DNA of 64,000 nt from Phoronis australis (taxonomy: Eukaryota > Animalia > Phoronida), in assembly GCA_002633005.1 (NCBI GenBank), contig NMRA01000582.1, forward strand, positions 38,610-102,609, read 5' to 3'. The position numbers were made by a program, and so were the translations under genes. This document shows positions 1 to 14,800 of this stretch, piece after piece. The notes below the pieces were generated by a model. That model worked only from the letters and a program-made list of their open reading frames with translations, ran no database searches and had not been told where the DNA came from. The stretch's first letter is position 1. Every line of letters begins with the position of its first letter.

Positions 1-940
1 TTAAATCTAGGTACACCAGGGATGGGCTTGTTGTAATTTAAAAGTTTTGTTAGCTACAGGGTGAAACTAACGCATGGTGAGGCTCTTGGATAATTCAAAG
101 GTAGTTTAATGTCATGTAGGACCCTAGAAAATTGTTCAGCTTTGGCTAACTTCAGAACATCACGTCTTGGAAATGCCTGGTTGGATTCATCTAGTTTTCA
201 ACTACTTTGCTGTGTACACCATTCTCCAAAACGCTGTTGTTTTTAAGTAGTTTCATTTTTCCATGAGGGGCTGTCAAAACCAATACATTTATGATTTCCA
301 TTTTAAGTTGCATAAAACGTTAAAGGAAGTGATGTTTTAGAAAACTTTGAAATCTCACGTTGAACATTCTTATCAGTTAAATTGGATTGTGTGATATGGT
401 ACGGTTGTTTACCTATCAATGTACCTCTCTTTTTGCTACATTTTATTGAAACGACGTGCTCGCGCAAACACAATTGTTAACAGATTGGCAAAAAGTCAAA
501 AATAAAACTTTACAGACTTTTTACTTTGAAAAATACACACTTTTACTCGGTTAAAATCTATAGTTTCTCAATATTTTGCTAAACGCACAGTCGTTGATAA
601 GGTCACACGTGCCTTGATATTTAGTTTGTTATGCTTACAACAGAAATTGTATCCTTCTTCACAAACAGTAGCTACACATGGCTCTTTCCTCGCCACTGAC
701 TCTAGTCACAAGATAACATTGACAGTTTCCTTGATAATTGAGGCATCCTGCTTGTTGCCCATTCACTGTGGTGCTAAGCTGAGTGTGCTGAATTATCCAC
801 AGAGATTGAAGAGACATCTGGTGACCAGTGGGTAATATGAGGACAGGCAGGCAGCCATGATCTGAATATTCAATTGACCTCGAAATTCAGGCCACAAAGT
901 ATTGTTGATTGTTTCACATCCTGTTACTTGACATAAGACC

Positions 941-1212
941 TGGGACCTGTTTCATGAAAAGTGACTTTTGGTCAGGAATTTGGCCTCAACCTCCACACAA
1001 CTATTTCTGTAAAATAAGTTAATCTCACTTGGGCGAATGTACAAAGTTTGGGAATATGCACATGACGTGAAGTTACAAAGATATTTTTTATAAATTGTTT
1101 CTAGACTGTGATGCACTCATAATTACTTGGCCTGAACATCTTTTTCAGCAATTGTTAAATGGGAGCGTAAGAACAAATTTCTGTCTTAACTCACTTTCAT
1201 GAAAGAGGCCCA
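941..1212. mobile_element. MITE-like element
   Basis: Imperfect terminal inverted repeats tgggacctgtttcatgaaaagtga / tcactttcatgaaagaggccca. Confidence 0.55.
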
Positions 1213-1231
1213 GTGAGGAAGAGCGTAACAT

Positions 1232-1608
1232 CGTTCACATGCACTACAATACCGGAAATAATTCCAGCATATATTTCAGTGTTATCTTACTAGGAATTAT
1301 TTAACTATCGAGATGCTAAAGTGACAGAACCCAGAGTCGTTTAGTTTTGCTGGAATTTATTCCCGAAATTTTGTAGCGTTTGTTTTACAATGTTATCGGT
1401 CACAACTCATGACGATGGAAAGAATGAATTCAATTAACTCCGTTCTCAGAGTGAGGGTAGTTAACTTGAAAGGCTACCTGTAGGATGAAACCTCAACTTG
1501 ACGGAATTCCAAGTTATTTGGGTACATGGAAAGTTAGTTGACTCCAAATAATTCCTGCAAAAAAGGGGTTCTTGTAAATACTACTGAAATTCTGAAGTAC
1601 ATGGGAAC
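1232..1608. mobile_element. Degenerate MITE-like element
   Basis: cgttcacatgcact ... agtacatgggaacg imperfect inverted ends. Confidence 0.4.
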
Positions 1609-2700
1609 GTATCAAGTGGGTTTTACTCGTAAGTTGTCGGTTTCAAATAAAAAGCTACGAGTAGACTTTTATGAAATTTTCAGTACAGATTGAGAACGTA
1701 GACCTTTCATTGGGAGTTAACGTTTGCAGACCTTTCATTGGGAGTTTTGCTATGACTTTTTGTATTGTGGCTGTTAAACAGTTTGAATGCCTTGTGAGTG
1801 CTTAAGCTGTTTTTACGGGGGGGGGAGGGGAACAGCTGTCACAGTGCGAGTTGTCACGACGCGACTTGCTCCACTTAGTCACTTAGTCGCATTTACACAC
1901 CAGATTGCTAGCTGGACCAGCATGAATCATTTATGTGAAGACTGTCTGCGCATGTTTGCCTAAACAGTAGCGAACATCCAAACCACATGGAATGCTAGCG
2001 AATCGTCCGTATATACAGTATTGCACAAGCGTAACAGGGCTGATCCTCCTGCCCCAGTTTGTGTTGAAACTGGGGCAACTGATCGAGTGCAACTCGCTCA
2101 ACCGGAGTCAAGAAAGGCCGCTGCAGTGTCAACGTGCTCCGCATCAGTTGTGTTTGCACACACACTTGCGCTCGATCAGCCATTCCTTGTTAGCTTCTCC
2201 GTGACAACTGTCTGTCATGTAAATGCAGCTTTAGTTTTGTCACTTCTCTTGATGGCAGGGTTGATAATTACATTAATGATTTCCCCCAACAGATGTCAGT
2301 ATAAATAACCACTTCATCTTCTTCCAAGGATCCCACACCTATGACTGACACTCAGTGGCCATTTCCCATAATTCACTGTACAGGTTACTTCTGCATGTTG
2401 TTCATAAAAGGTTCAATGGCAGTGCTAGTGCATTGCTGGTTATGGATATATTTAAAGGAAAGAAAGTCAACATGTGAATTCACAATCCACCTTTCTAAAG
2501 GCACTGTTTGCTTTACTATTCACTATGTTCACAGAAATGCATTTTGTGTTTAAAAAAAACAATAATTGCTACAACCAGACAAAAAGTAAGGCAGAACTGG
2601 GGCATTGTGGGTAAATTGTATGGTTTTCATTGTTGTACTTCTTGATTTTGGGACGAGGCTGTTAAATTTTATACAAAATCTTTTCGCTTTTGCTTTTTAG

Positions 2701-2805
2701 GAGGAAAGGAAGAAATTTGAGAAACAAACAAGAAACTATTGTCAGTCTGTGGAGAAACACCTTGCACTGAAAACCTCAAAAGTTTCCGACAACAGCTTAC
2801 AAGAG
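2701..2805 (+). CDS. Graf: Graf exon, BAR domain ([35 protein letters not shown])
   Basis: ttttag acceptor, gtaagg donor, 105 nt, phase 0-0; resembles the GRAF BAR segment. Confidence 0.93.
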
Positions 2806-5800
2806 GTAAGGTACACGGTACTAATAAGTAAGGTACAGGGTACTAAATAGTGCTTCTTCTTTTTGTGTGGTGGTAAATAGACAAACTTCTTATCTTGACT
2901 GTGATGTTACTGTTATTATTATTATTGTTGTTGTTCTTATTAGAAAAAAATTTAATACCAACAAGTGCTGTCTGCTGATCTATCTTGAAAAATAGTCAGT
3001 TGGATTCTATTTTTAGGACCATCATGAAATCTGATGATGGCATTTGAAAGCTGTTCTGCACTTTCACAATGGATCTCAGCACAGTCTTATTCCTTTACTG
3101 CTGCTGGTTTTGTTGTTGTCATAATGAGTCACTGTAAGGAATTGTATGACGCAGCAGCGCAGCCTTTTACTGCATCACAGATCAAAACTGATAAACTGAA
3201 TGTTTTCTTGAATTTCCCGTATTAACTTTCTTGTGGGTGTCATCAAAGTTCACCTTGTGTTATCTTGTCTGTAGGGCAGCTGTTGCGTGACCTTCGTTTC
3301 CTTCTCTCACTGTGTGGACTAACTTATTATGGGACAGGGTTATCTCCTAAGTAACAAAATCGGAGTAACCACACATGGAGCTGATACAAACCAGTCTGAC
3401 ATCAAAAAACTTTTAATTTGGACAACTTAACTTTTATTAACTTGGTCGTGACAGTTCTTTCTTCCTTAAGTCGGCACAAACTCACTTGACAGTGTGGTTC
3501 ATTTTGTGCGCTTAGTGTGACTTTGAGCATTATTGAAACAACCTCCAATTTGAGTTAGGAACGAGTCAAGACCAGTTATGTAGTGGTAAATCCTGTAAAT
3601 CAAAAGTTAAATTTCTTTGACGGAATGTAACTTTAGCTATGATGGCAAGTTCAGCCCAGTTTGTACCTGTGTATCATTAATTACTTGTAGTCTGATGCTC
3701 AGTTAGACATGGAGAGACGACAGTTCCACCACGCATCCATGCACTACGTCCTCTGTCTGCAGGAAGTGCAAGAACGCAAGAAGTTTGAGTTTGTGGAAAC
3801 TGTAAGTTAAGTTTATGCATTAGATTGTGCAGTCATCTTACATATGATTTACCAATAATATCGTGTTACTCAACATCAAGTAATGCCAGCGTGACCACCT
3901 CCAATACAAGCTGTAATGAGACCTTCAGTATCATGGACCAGTCCAGAAATGAGCCATGTGCCTTGGTCTGAGCCCCAGGTTTTAAACGGAGTACTTGCCC
4001 TGTGACATCATCACTCGCCATTGTGGATTTTAATCACGAAGCTATGGTGATGAACGGGGTCTTAATCTTTGCGTAGTTGTGTTGGTATTTAAACTCCATT
4101 TGCTGGTCGCAGCAAAGTATTCATTCACTGGCTGAACCTAATACCAGTGTTTCCGATACGTGGCGCATCAAGCTTTCGAAGATCATTGGCTGAACCTAAT
4201 ATCACTGTTTCCGTTACGTGGCACAATAAGTTTTCTAGGATCATTGGCTGAACCCAATACTACCGTTTCTGATACATGACACATCAAGTATTCTAAGATC
4301 ATTACTAAAATTACCTTCAGAACTGTTTCTACAAACCTAGTTATCGCCGCTACCAATAACAGTTTGCACCAGTGTCGTAGAACTACAACATTCTGAATTA
4401 AATACCTTCATGACAATGACATCACTGCTGTAGGGTGAACTACTCCGGTCAGGTTCATGTTATGCATGTGAACTACTCCATGTAGGGTCTGGTTCATGTT
4501 ATGAATGTGAAGTACTCCATGTAGGGTCTGGTTCATGTTATGAATGGAATGTGATTTACTCCATGTAGGGTCAGGTTCATGTTATGAATGTGAACTACTC
4601 CATGTAGGGTCAGGTTCATGTTATGAATGTGAAGTACTCCATGTAGGGTTAGGTTCATGTTATGAATGTGAACTACTCCATGTAGGGTCAGGTTCATGTT
4701 ATGAATGTGAAGTACTCCATGTAGGGTCAGGTTCATGTTATGAATGTGAACTACTCCATGTAGGGTCAGGTTCATGTTATGAATGTGAACTACTCCATGT
4801 AGGCTCAGGTTCATGTTATGCATTTGAAAGTATGCTAACTATTAATTGACTGTAACTCAGTTTGTTGGATAAGTGTGTTTTGAGTTTTTTTTTCACCCTA
4901 GACTAACAAAACACTCCGATTCTTAGTCATTCTGTATGTCAACAACAGGTTTTGAATAAATCAACTTGATTGTTACCCAAGTTAGAAATGGTTACAACTT
5001 TAAAGCTGTCAATGGGTTTTTACTTTGGACTATAACTCAGTAAGTGATTAAAGTAAGTTGCATATGACTGTGCACGTGTCTGGCATTAGGCTTGTTCCCC
5101 GTTCAACCACTAGATGGAGTTACTGTTGAATGACTTTGGAGATCTGGTGATAGTGTTTGTAGCAACCCCACGAAGACGTAGCATGTAAAATTCAGTTAAG
5201 AAGTCCAGTCCGTTCAAATGGCCAACTTTATGGAACGAATACTGGAGCTAGTTATGTTAGATTACACTAGAGGGCAGTCATCCTTGGAAGAAGGAGATGC
5301 GCTAGACGCGTTGTTTGCGGTATTATTAATTCTCCCTCTTTCAATAGTTTGATATGTGTACAAAAACTATCCCTCAAGAATATCTTCTCATTGCCTGCTT
5401 ACTACTTGCATGTGTCTGCTTTTCACACTTCATTTTAAGTGCCATCGACACAAAGTCTCACCCTAGAAGAAGTTACTCCTAGAATGAGTTGTCACTAGGT
5501 GTGAACGCTATTTAAACTTGTCTAGTGCAACTTGCCCAACTTGTGACAACTTACTCCACTTTATCGAGGTAGGGTAATTTGTTCTAGGGTAATGTGCGCC
5601 TCTTCTATTCAATGTGTGGCCACAAACTGGGGCAAGGCGGAAGTAAATATCAGCTGTGGTAACGTATAGACGGATATTCTTTTGGGCCTCATATTGGTGT
5701 TAGATGTTCAATGTCACTCACAGAGCTACAGCTTCCGCCTTTGTGTGACTGTGTGTGACTGTGTGACTGTGTGAGTGTGAGTGTGTCGGGATGCTCCATT

Positions 5801-8800
5801 TAAAAGTGGGATAAGTTGTGCTAGTGCAGGTTGTTCTAGGGTAGGCTGTGTGTGGTGAGACTGTTGTTGCCAATGATATTTAGGCTTAATAAATCTTGAA
5901 GTAAATACTATGGCATGAGTCCTGTCTCAGTGTGGTAACCACGGTAACAGGTGTGACTAATGTTGTGTAGGGGATCTGGCTTATTGCCTCACTTAGTTAT
6001 CTAAGGACTATTTAGGATCATTGCATACCCTGGAGTTAATGAGCTTTTAAAACAAGCTGACGGTATTTATACCAGGTTTATCTCTGTTATTTATGTACTA
6101 AATGAAAGATCATAAGAGAGGCCGGAAATTTATTTTAGGTTGGCAAATATTGTAGGATCAATTTCCTAAGTCATTGTTTGATATCCTGTCAGTTATGAAA
6201 AATGATTGGTTCCTGTGTGTCCTTATGCCTTTGTTTGTTATTCTGCACCATCTAGGACACCTCGGATAGTTGTATAGCCTCAAATTTCTCCGTGTATTTG
6301 TGGCATATCAGCGCATGTGCAAACGTCAATTAAAACAGCATATTTGGTGAAGAGATGGTTGGAAATTGGGACTACAGCCTAGCAGGTCTCAAGAGACATT
6401 GGCCTCGTCATTCTTAAACCTTAGTCTACCTTTTATTGAAGCCAATCCTGTTATCAAAAAGGTGTCCTGGTGCATTTGATGGTATTCTCCATTTTGAGAA
6501 CCACGTGATTTTTTATGATTGAAGTTGGCACATGTGCAGATGTGAAACACTCCCGAGTGGCAATTTTACTTTGACCTACCATTTCGTAAATAGTTGAATC
6601 CATTTTTGTTTTGCTATCTTTTGAGCCAGCGTTCATTTTTAAAGACCAACTAATTTTAATTAGTAGCCTTTTTCCAATATAGCAGCGACATAGTGAAATA
6701 TGCTTTATTGCTAGATGGCATGGTGGACAACATTCAGCGCCACCTACAATCCACTCCTATGATTTGGATAGAGATTTAAAGCAATGGAGTTTCACATTGT
6801 TTTTTAATAAATTCTTTGCCATCTCCTTTCAGTCAAATTATCATAGTTGTTCTTTGGGATATTCCAATGATTCACCCTTAGAGTCCAGCTTTGCAAAATG
6901 TCTGTGAATAAGAGAAATTGTGGTTTGTTTTGTTCAAAATTTTGAAATTAGGTCACTTATGCATGCTCTCATGTTGGATGTTTGTCATTCAAGCTTCCAT
7001 GCTAGTTGATTCTGTTCACAATAGGTGGCAGTCACTGATGAAATCATTTATCACTTCCTCATCAGCTCTTCTTCATTCATATTCATTGTTCGATTATAAT
7101 GTTCAGCCATCTATTCTGTGACTATTGATTTCTGTGTGTTGATATATTTTTGTTTTCATCACAATGTGTACATTATACATTAGTACAACTAAGCTTGTGA
7201 CAGTTTACCAAGGTATTGCAAGGGAAGGTCTCTCGCGTTTACACGTTAATGTCAGTATAGAGGTCTGAACATGGAATTTTACAAAATGCTTTAAAATTTA
7301 TGGTTTGTTGTTGCAAAAATGTGGCTTTTGTGTTAATTAGTTAGAATTAAAAGCTTTGTCATTAAACATCATCTTGACTATATAGTAGCCAAATGAATTG
7401 TGGGAGAAAGCTAATAAATGATATTTTATGTTTATTTTATACCACAGTATAAAGCTAATAAATGATATTTTATGTTTATTTTATACCACAGTATATTCTG
7501 TTAATTGCTAATAGGTGTTGATGATTACAATTATCGATTGTAGTGTCCTTCAAGTTGTATGAATAATTAAAAGTAAGCTGTAGACCTTGCATGAGTCACT
7601 GTCAATGGAGGTCTGATGTGCAGCTCTTGTATGCTAGAGTGACCAGGCCAACATGACTGACTAAGATTGATTCACTCTGTGTGACGGAAGCAATCTTTAT
7701 GAAATCTTACAAGACGACGGCGTAGGGCACGAAGCAGGCGTAGAGAAAGTAGGAATTGACCGAGTACATCTCTCTCAGCGTGTTCTACTATCCGTCTGCT
7801 TCCAAACATCTAGTATTTAGCCACAAGTAGCTGTGTCGAGGCATGCCTGAGTATGTAGCATGGACAGACTCTAAAAATATCTTAAAATGAAATTCTGCTC
7901 CCCAAAATATTGTGTATAGCAAGGTGATGCTATGTTGTCTATTGCTATTCAGAGACTGCTGACGGATTGGTTGTTTGTGCCTATTTTGTTTCTCGTACAT
8001 TCACTGATGTGGTACACAAACTGCTGTCTTATTATCTGGATTCATGAACAATGATTAATTGGTAAAATTATACATTTGAATTTCATGGGTATAGCTTAGT
8101 CCAGTAGAGTGTTGTGACCGTTCTCCTGTATATCACTGTTGTACAGGAGCTGTGTCTCATTTCTGGGTGTAGTATTTACAAAGAACAGCTGTTGAATTTA
8201 GAGGCGTGTGGCCCGCCTCATGAGACAGTCCCAAATTGGGACTCGGCAATGCACCTCAAGTTTTCACTGCATTTGCAGACTTGTGCAAACGCTAATGGAA
8301 CTTGCAAACGTTATTTTATATTGATCATTCGATTTTTAGCTTTTAGTTGGTCCCCCCATAGGCAGCATGACTATAATTTCTGTTGAATTCTGAATATTAC
8401 CTGAAAACAGAACAGTATCCCTTCAAAAGCGTGCCAGTGTCCCTTCAAAAGGGTGCCATTTCCTACAAAATTCCCAACAACTGGATGCCTTTTCCAACTT
8501 GATTGCCTGCAAAAAAATTAACATTTGGAGTTTAAAATGACAAAACGGTTCATTTCTCAACTACAAAACCTATAGAAGGATTATGAATGTTTCCATGAAT
8601 CTCAACGAAACGGTTACAAGATGGTGGACGTGTTTCTGTTGCAAAACTCTTACAAAGAATGACCTTTACATGGAAGTTCCCTATAATTGGGTCCCTTTTT
8701 TCAAGTCCACTCTCTAAATGGGTGGATATTCTAATTTTGTATCTTCACCACCCCCAACTGCACCCCCTCCAACTTCCCTTAAAAATATCGCTGGGTACAC

Positions 8801-11800
8801 CCCCAGGTCTTTGGTGCTGTGTTTTAGGCTCTGGGCACAAGGGTTGATCTGTAGCCTTGCATACAAAGTGCATATAATGGTTCTCATAGTATGAGCAGAC
8901 TACTAGTACATAGTGGTCCATCCACTGAGCTGTTCCTGCGGTCCGTTTTAGTGCATTGCTATTGGAAACAATGTGCGCTATCATTTCCTGTTCTAATCTG
9001 CCGTCACAAGCATTCGGTCACAAGGGACAGCTGTTTTTAGTTTCCATTCCAACGATGACTGTTCCCCCCACCCTGGGGAATGCTGAATGATTACAACAGT
9101 TGATGCAGGTTACAGGCCTTCTGCAACTTTTCACTGAGTGCAGCATTTTTTCTCTGTTTGACCTGGCTTTAATGTGGCAATAATCTGTAACCAAACTGAT
9201 TTTCTTCTTAAATCACTAAGTTCGCACTTAAATGTAATATTGTAATAGTCTTAATATCATTAATGACATATTCATATTGATTTTTATTCCCTGTCTTTTT
9301 ATTTTCATTAGCTACATTGCCATTGACATGTAGTGTCTCTCAGCGTCAGAAGTACCGTAATGAATAAAGCTAGCATCGCACTGTACCGCATAATCGCATA
9401 TTGTTCACTCTCAAAGCCAAAGGAGGTTAATGTCTTATGTGGCGTTGACCCAACTCTTATCACATGGCACTATCTCGGTGCAAAGTGTCACCCATTATTG
9501 AGGTAGTGGAAGCTGTCATCTTGTTCTGTGTTAACTGCCAAAGTATTGTCGAGGCTGAAATACTCCTCCGTTCTGCGCCTGTGCCAACTTAGTCATTGCA
9601 TAATTATGGAGCCTGCACTTGCCAAGTGGCTCTAAATCACACCCTCTTGCACAGTTTCTGAGCAGGCTGTGTATCTGGTCGCTGGTGCTCATCATTACTT
9701 ATCCATATCACTTTATTCCAGACCAAAGTTGTCATGTGAACACAGCATTATAAGTCAGCCCAAAATGAAAGTGGATATTGCTTACTAGTGTGTATGTCCG
9801 ATTTCTCATGTTGAAAGAACGTAGGTTAATGATGGAAGCTTTTGTGTTGTGATAAGGTGTTACCCTCCCCCCCTGAATGCCGTGACATGCATTAAGCATA
9901 GGGGTTTCCCCCTGGAATTTTGAACCACTACCTTCACATCTTTGCCACCCTATTTAAAATTTGAGCAACTTTTATAGGACTTTTTGAGTAACTATGCTCA
10001 GATTTTGAGCAACTGTGCCCTCATCTAAGCAACTGCGCTCACATTTTGAGCCACCTTTCTCATTTTAATGGGCATAACAGTAAAAATATGGTCGTTTTTA
10101 GCAAAATGTTTCCATGGTCTCTAACAAGAAATATTTCTCAAACTAGTGCCTTGGTGTGCATTTCTGGATTTGCATGCTTCATTAATACCTTAGGTATTTG
10201 TTGTTCGTGTTTAACCAAGAAAAAATATTTATTGAACCAAATGTGTATGCCTTTTCAAGTCAACACTTAGTATGTACAAATATTGAAATGCAATAAGGGA
10301 TTTTTAGATTGCATTAAAAAAATGGCTATGACCTTTAATTGTATGTTGTACCTCTCAGCCCACATCACACAAAATTGTGGTTTCAGGTAATTTTTCAGTA
10401 GCACAGCTCTACTAAATGAAGAAAATCCCTGTGTGCAAGGTTTTGAAGATGAAAAATTGATTGCCACTTGGCCAACTCAGCAGCTATTTAAATATTATTA
10501 GTAGCTGGGGTTGTTAATATTCATTAAATATTCAATACACCTTAGTATATAAGACCCTTGTTTCATACGTTGTGTACATACTGTCTTTGAAAACCGATTG
10601 CATCGAATGACGCGACTATGGTATACCAAGGGAATTCTTGACTCGTTAGTGCCTCGTTACTGAGCTCACTTGTATTGTATGTTGATGACTGTGTGCGGTA
10701 TTGATCTGATGCTGTTGAAGACAGGATCCTGCTGACCATTACAGCCTTGGTCATATGTGTTACGCACACTTTGGTGTGCATATGCATTCTTTAGGTGGAG
10801 TAATAGTGTAGTTTGCATTATGGAAAGTCTCTGAGACTTTTATCTTTTATTGTGTTGTGCAAATTTAAGCTCATAGGTTGAAGTGAGCTTTGATTGCTGG
10901 AATAGGTGAGAAATCGTTGTGTTATCTTGGTAAATTTATGTTGATAATTTCTGCAGGAAAATTAATCGGGTTTAGTATTCAATGTAGTCATTAGATGAAT
11001 TTATATTTAAAGGGCACCTGTGATATTGTATTCAACCCAACTACACTTTTCAAGGAGATAAATTAGTTAAAGAAGCTTAGAGATGTCTTTGTGTGGATAA
11101 GAAAATTGAACAAGTAGTTAGAATGATTGCCTATCAGCTCCAAAGACATGCCTAAAATTGTGTACCAGAATTTAACCCCTTTTTAATGTGTGCATGACTG
11201 AGAGTGAGAGTGACGGGGTTATGTAATGAGATCTAGGTGATGGGTGCAAGGTGTTTTGAGAGTTCACCTTAATTCTGACAGATTCCGAATATCTAGTGTA
11301 GAACTACTGTTACTATTAGTCGAGTCAGAATAACAATAACTTTAGCCTGAAATTATGTGATAACCTTGTTCGTCGTTGAGGACAGTATCTATGAACAGTC
11401 AGCTTACGGGTGCTAAAACACGTTGGCGTTCTCCCTATCATGTATTCATACATGGTGCTGCACTGTTCTGGAAAAGTTCTGGAAATCTTGAGCCGTGTTC
11501 GAAAACACGAGTTTTCTCTGCTTTACAAGTTGCTGACATGGTGCTACGTAGTGGTGCTCATTTTTTTTTCTTTTGCTGGTAAACTGATAATGGTGTTCTC
11601 AGGAAGAAAAATTAATGTGCTAATTATAGTTGTTTCTGTGATTAGCAGAAAGGATGGTTAGGACATGAAAACTCGATGCAGAAATTTGCACTGTGTTTCG
11701 TTTTTTACAAATGGAGAAATTTGCAATGTCTTTTGTTTTGTTCCTGTACATAATTACCTAATATTAATTTGCTTGAGGCGATGCTCATAACCATTGCGTT

Positions 11801-14800
11801 CAAAATTGTGACATTTGAATACGATAAAGTTTCTTTAATTTAGAACACAATATGGTGAAGCAGTAAATTTTTTTTATCAAAATTATCAACAAGAGTAAAC
11901 TAAAAGATAATTTTACTTGATGATTGGAAAACTTCATATAGTACAGCTATCGTCAACATACACAAGATGAAATTTTGAACGTTTTTGGCAGTAGAGTGAG
12001 TGTTTGAAAAATCAAGGAAATGATACTACTGGCTATTATTATCATTCAAATTTAACGAAATGTTACAATGCTTCAGCATTGCCAATGCGTATGACAGACC
12101 TTATTACCACTCGCTTTTTTTACCGTTTCAGATCCTTCGTTTCATGTATGGTTGGTTCTTATTTTATCACCAAGGTAAGTAACATCTGAGCTTGTTGTCA
12201 TTTCCTCTGTGGTTCTAGTGCCTCCTGAGGCACAGTTCATTTAGTGCCTCGAAGGAGGCGTGTTCTATTTAGTGCCCAATGTGAAGACACCTCCTCTTCC
12301 TAATTGACAGGTGGGTGTGTCCATTTAGATGTGCAGTCGGTGATCGCCTTTTTGATGAACAACAAAAACAAATGTTGTATTTTGCTTAAAAAACCTCAAG
12401 TTCCGTATTACCTACTCACAGGATTTAGTTTAATTCAGTTAATATTAGTTCATTACTGACCACAACTTAACAGTAATGTTGTATTTCAGTTGTGAGGCAC
12501 TCAGTCCTGACATATTTCTGGCACTGAACAATTAACACTCTTAAGTGCCTCCGTCCACAATATCTGGTCTCCACCCAAATCTGAGTGCATCCCTGTTTTT
12601 GACTGACCACAGAAAAAAGTCCTTAAGCACCACACCAAGAGTATATGCAAAAATCAGTGTGCTTCCATTTACTTAGCCAGACCACAATCCTAACAACCTC
12701 TGGCCAACCGCCACATTGATTTTTTTCTTGCCGTGTTTGTACGTGCGTGTGCGCCAGCGTGCATGTGTGTTTACACAAGTCATTTGAAAGCCTGCGTTTA
12801 CCAACATCTCATGTTGACACTGTTCGTTAGTATCTCGTCAGTGTCTTGTCTATATATCATCATTACACTTGACACACATACTGTCTTCTTAGCCTCTTGT
12901 CATCGCCTTGCAGCCATCAAGATCACAATCAAAAAGATGACGTCTTTCCGTAAATTATTCCATGTCAATGACCAGCATTTCCAGTGTACCTAACTGCAAT
13001 AGATATCAGAAAACAAAAACAAAACGCGGCCAACTCCTCGTACTTTGTGTAAGCCTTGCTGCTTTCATTATATTATTATACAAGTTTTTTATGTCGATGG
13101 AAAATATTTATTGCAACGAAGTGCAATGCACCTGATGTGTCTTAGGAAAGAAGTAGATAGTTCCATAGAGTTTAAACTGCTTGTTCCCGTGGGAGTGTTT
13201 CGAGGGGTCTACATTTGGAGGATTACTCTTTTATTTTCAGTTTTCATTTGATGCATTGATAAAATTTTGATTTTTGTGCACCTGGCGACAACTAAGCCTC
13301 ATAGTACAGAGATTTTGTTATAAAAATGCATATTTTCCTTAACTGCACGCGATCTTGGTATTCGAGTTCTGTCTGTCACATGACATGGTGATTTCATGTT
13401 TATTTAACTCTCGTGTTAAAAAACATCGGTGAAATTGATTGGCACTCTGAAATGCCTCATGGTGTCATTATGACCGTTCAGTATACAAAATTGATTAGCT
13501 GCAAGCCCACAAGTCATCCCCATCTGTTTATAATCAATTCTACACTATTATCAATGTACAGGTAACGGTTATTACCTGGAAATTAAACTGATTACCAAAG
13601 GTATGATAATGGGTCAAGTCCCTGTGTTTGAGAGTCGTAGTCATGTAAACAGTACATCACATTATGTGAAATTGTCCCTTTAAAAACGAGCAATATCAAG
13701 AAAGACCATTGCTCATTTTAGAGCTACGTGTTTGCATGTTTCTTGCTATGCTATTTTATACCAGGAACTAAACGACAATGCTATTTGAACATCATCTACG
13801 CTAAACAAAGTGCAGTTGTATTCTCTCACAGCTTGTAAATGTGAAAGCAAAAATATCTGAAAGTAGTTGACCTTTTGCACTGATCATGTACCTTGGGGGC
13901 CTGCATCATGCTGTGTTTTTCCCCAACACCATGTCGCGATACTTACTGGATACGTTTGATTGATTTGTAGCATATCGTTTTGGAGACAAAACTCGTTCTT
14001 AAAACCATTTGGCAATTGTCAACCTCACTTCACTGGTTTATGTTGTGTTTCTAACTAATTTGGCAAGGCAATCACAGAGATAAGGAATTGCGTGCAAGTT
14101 CCACTTTACAGGATCATAGACAAATATCCAAATTTGGTTGAATTCCGGATATCATATCTCAGAGATGGCTTACTGCATTCATAATAAACATTTAGTTATT
14201 ATGCTCTACGCAGTGTTCTCCAAAGTGCTGATAGGGTTTTTCTTTAAATGTTCCAGTTTGTCATGAGGGGCTATCAAACATCAAAATTTTAAATTTGCAT
14301 GAAACGAAATGATACGTTAGAAAACTGTAGCAGGGTTTTGAGATCTCACGTTGGACATTTAGTCAACATATCGAATAAATATTAATTATGCTCTCAGTAC
14401 TTATGTTTTACAATCACTTTACCTTAATTTTCACTAAGAAGACATGGCCATGTGACCCAATTGTTAAAAGATTAGTAAAAAGTCAAAATTAGAATAAATT
14501 CGACAGGCCATCTACTTTCATAAAATCTACCAGTACACTATTGTTTTGTAGACATATGGCGAAATACGCAGACCTGACAATACAGTTCTACATAACCTTA
14601 AAGTGTTTTAAAAATGACCCGAAAATTTATAATATTTCCTTAATATCGTTACTGGTTAGCCTATGCTATTTAGCTGCCTATAAAGCTTGAGAGCTTGTAG
14701 GCTAATGGAAATGCGGAAAATTAGTATTGTTGGTTAGCACTTATGACTAATAGGTCATGTTGCCTGACATTTATGTCAAGCCCATGCTTAGCCAGAAAGA

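Noticed and set aside
4533-4849. Periodic His/Cys-rich ORFs on both strands
   Set aside because: They result from a 39-bp (multiple of 3) minisatellite inside an intron
9897-10433. Possible hAT MITE (catagggg...ccctgtg)
   Set aside because: Inverted ends are weak and no target-site duplication is visible
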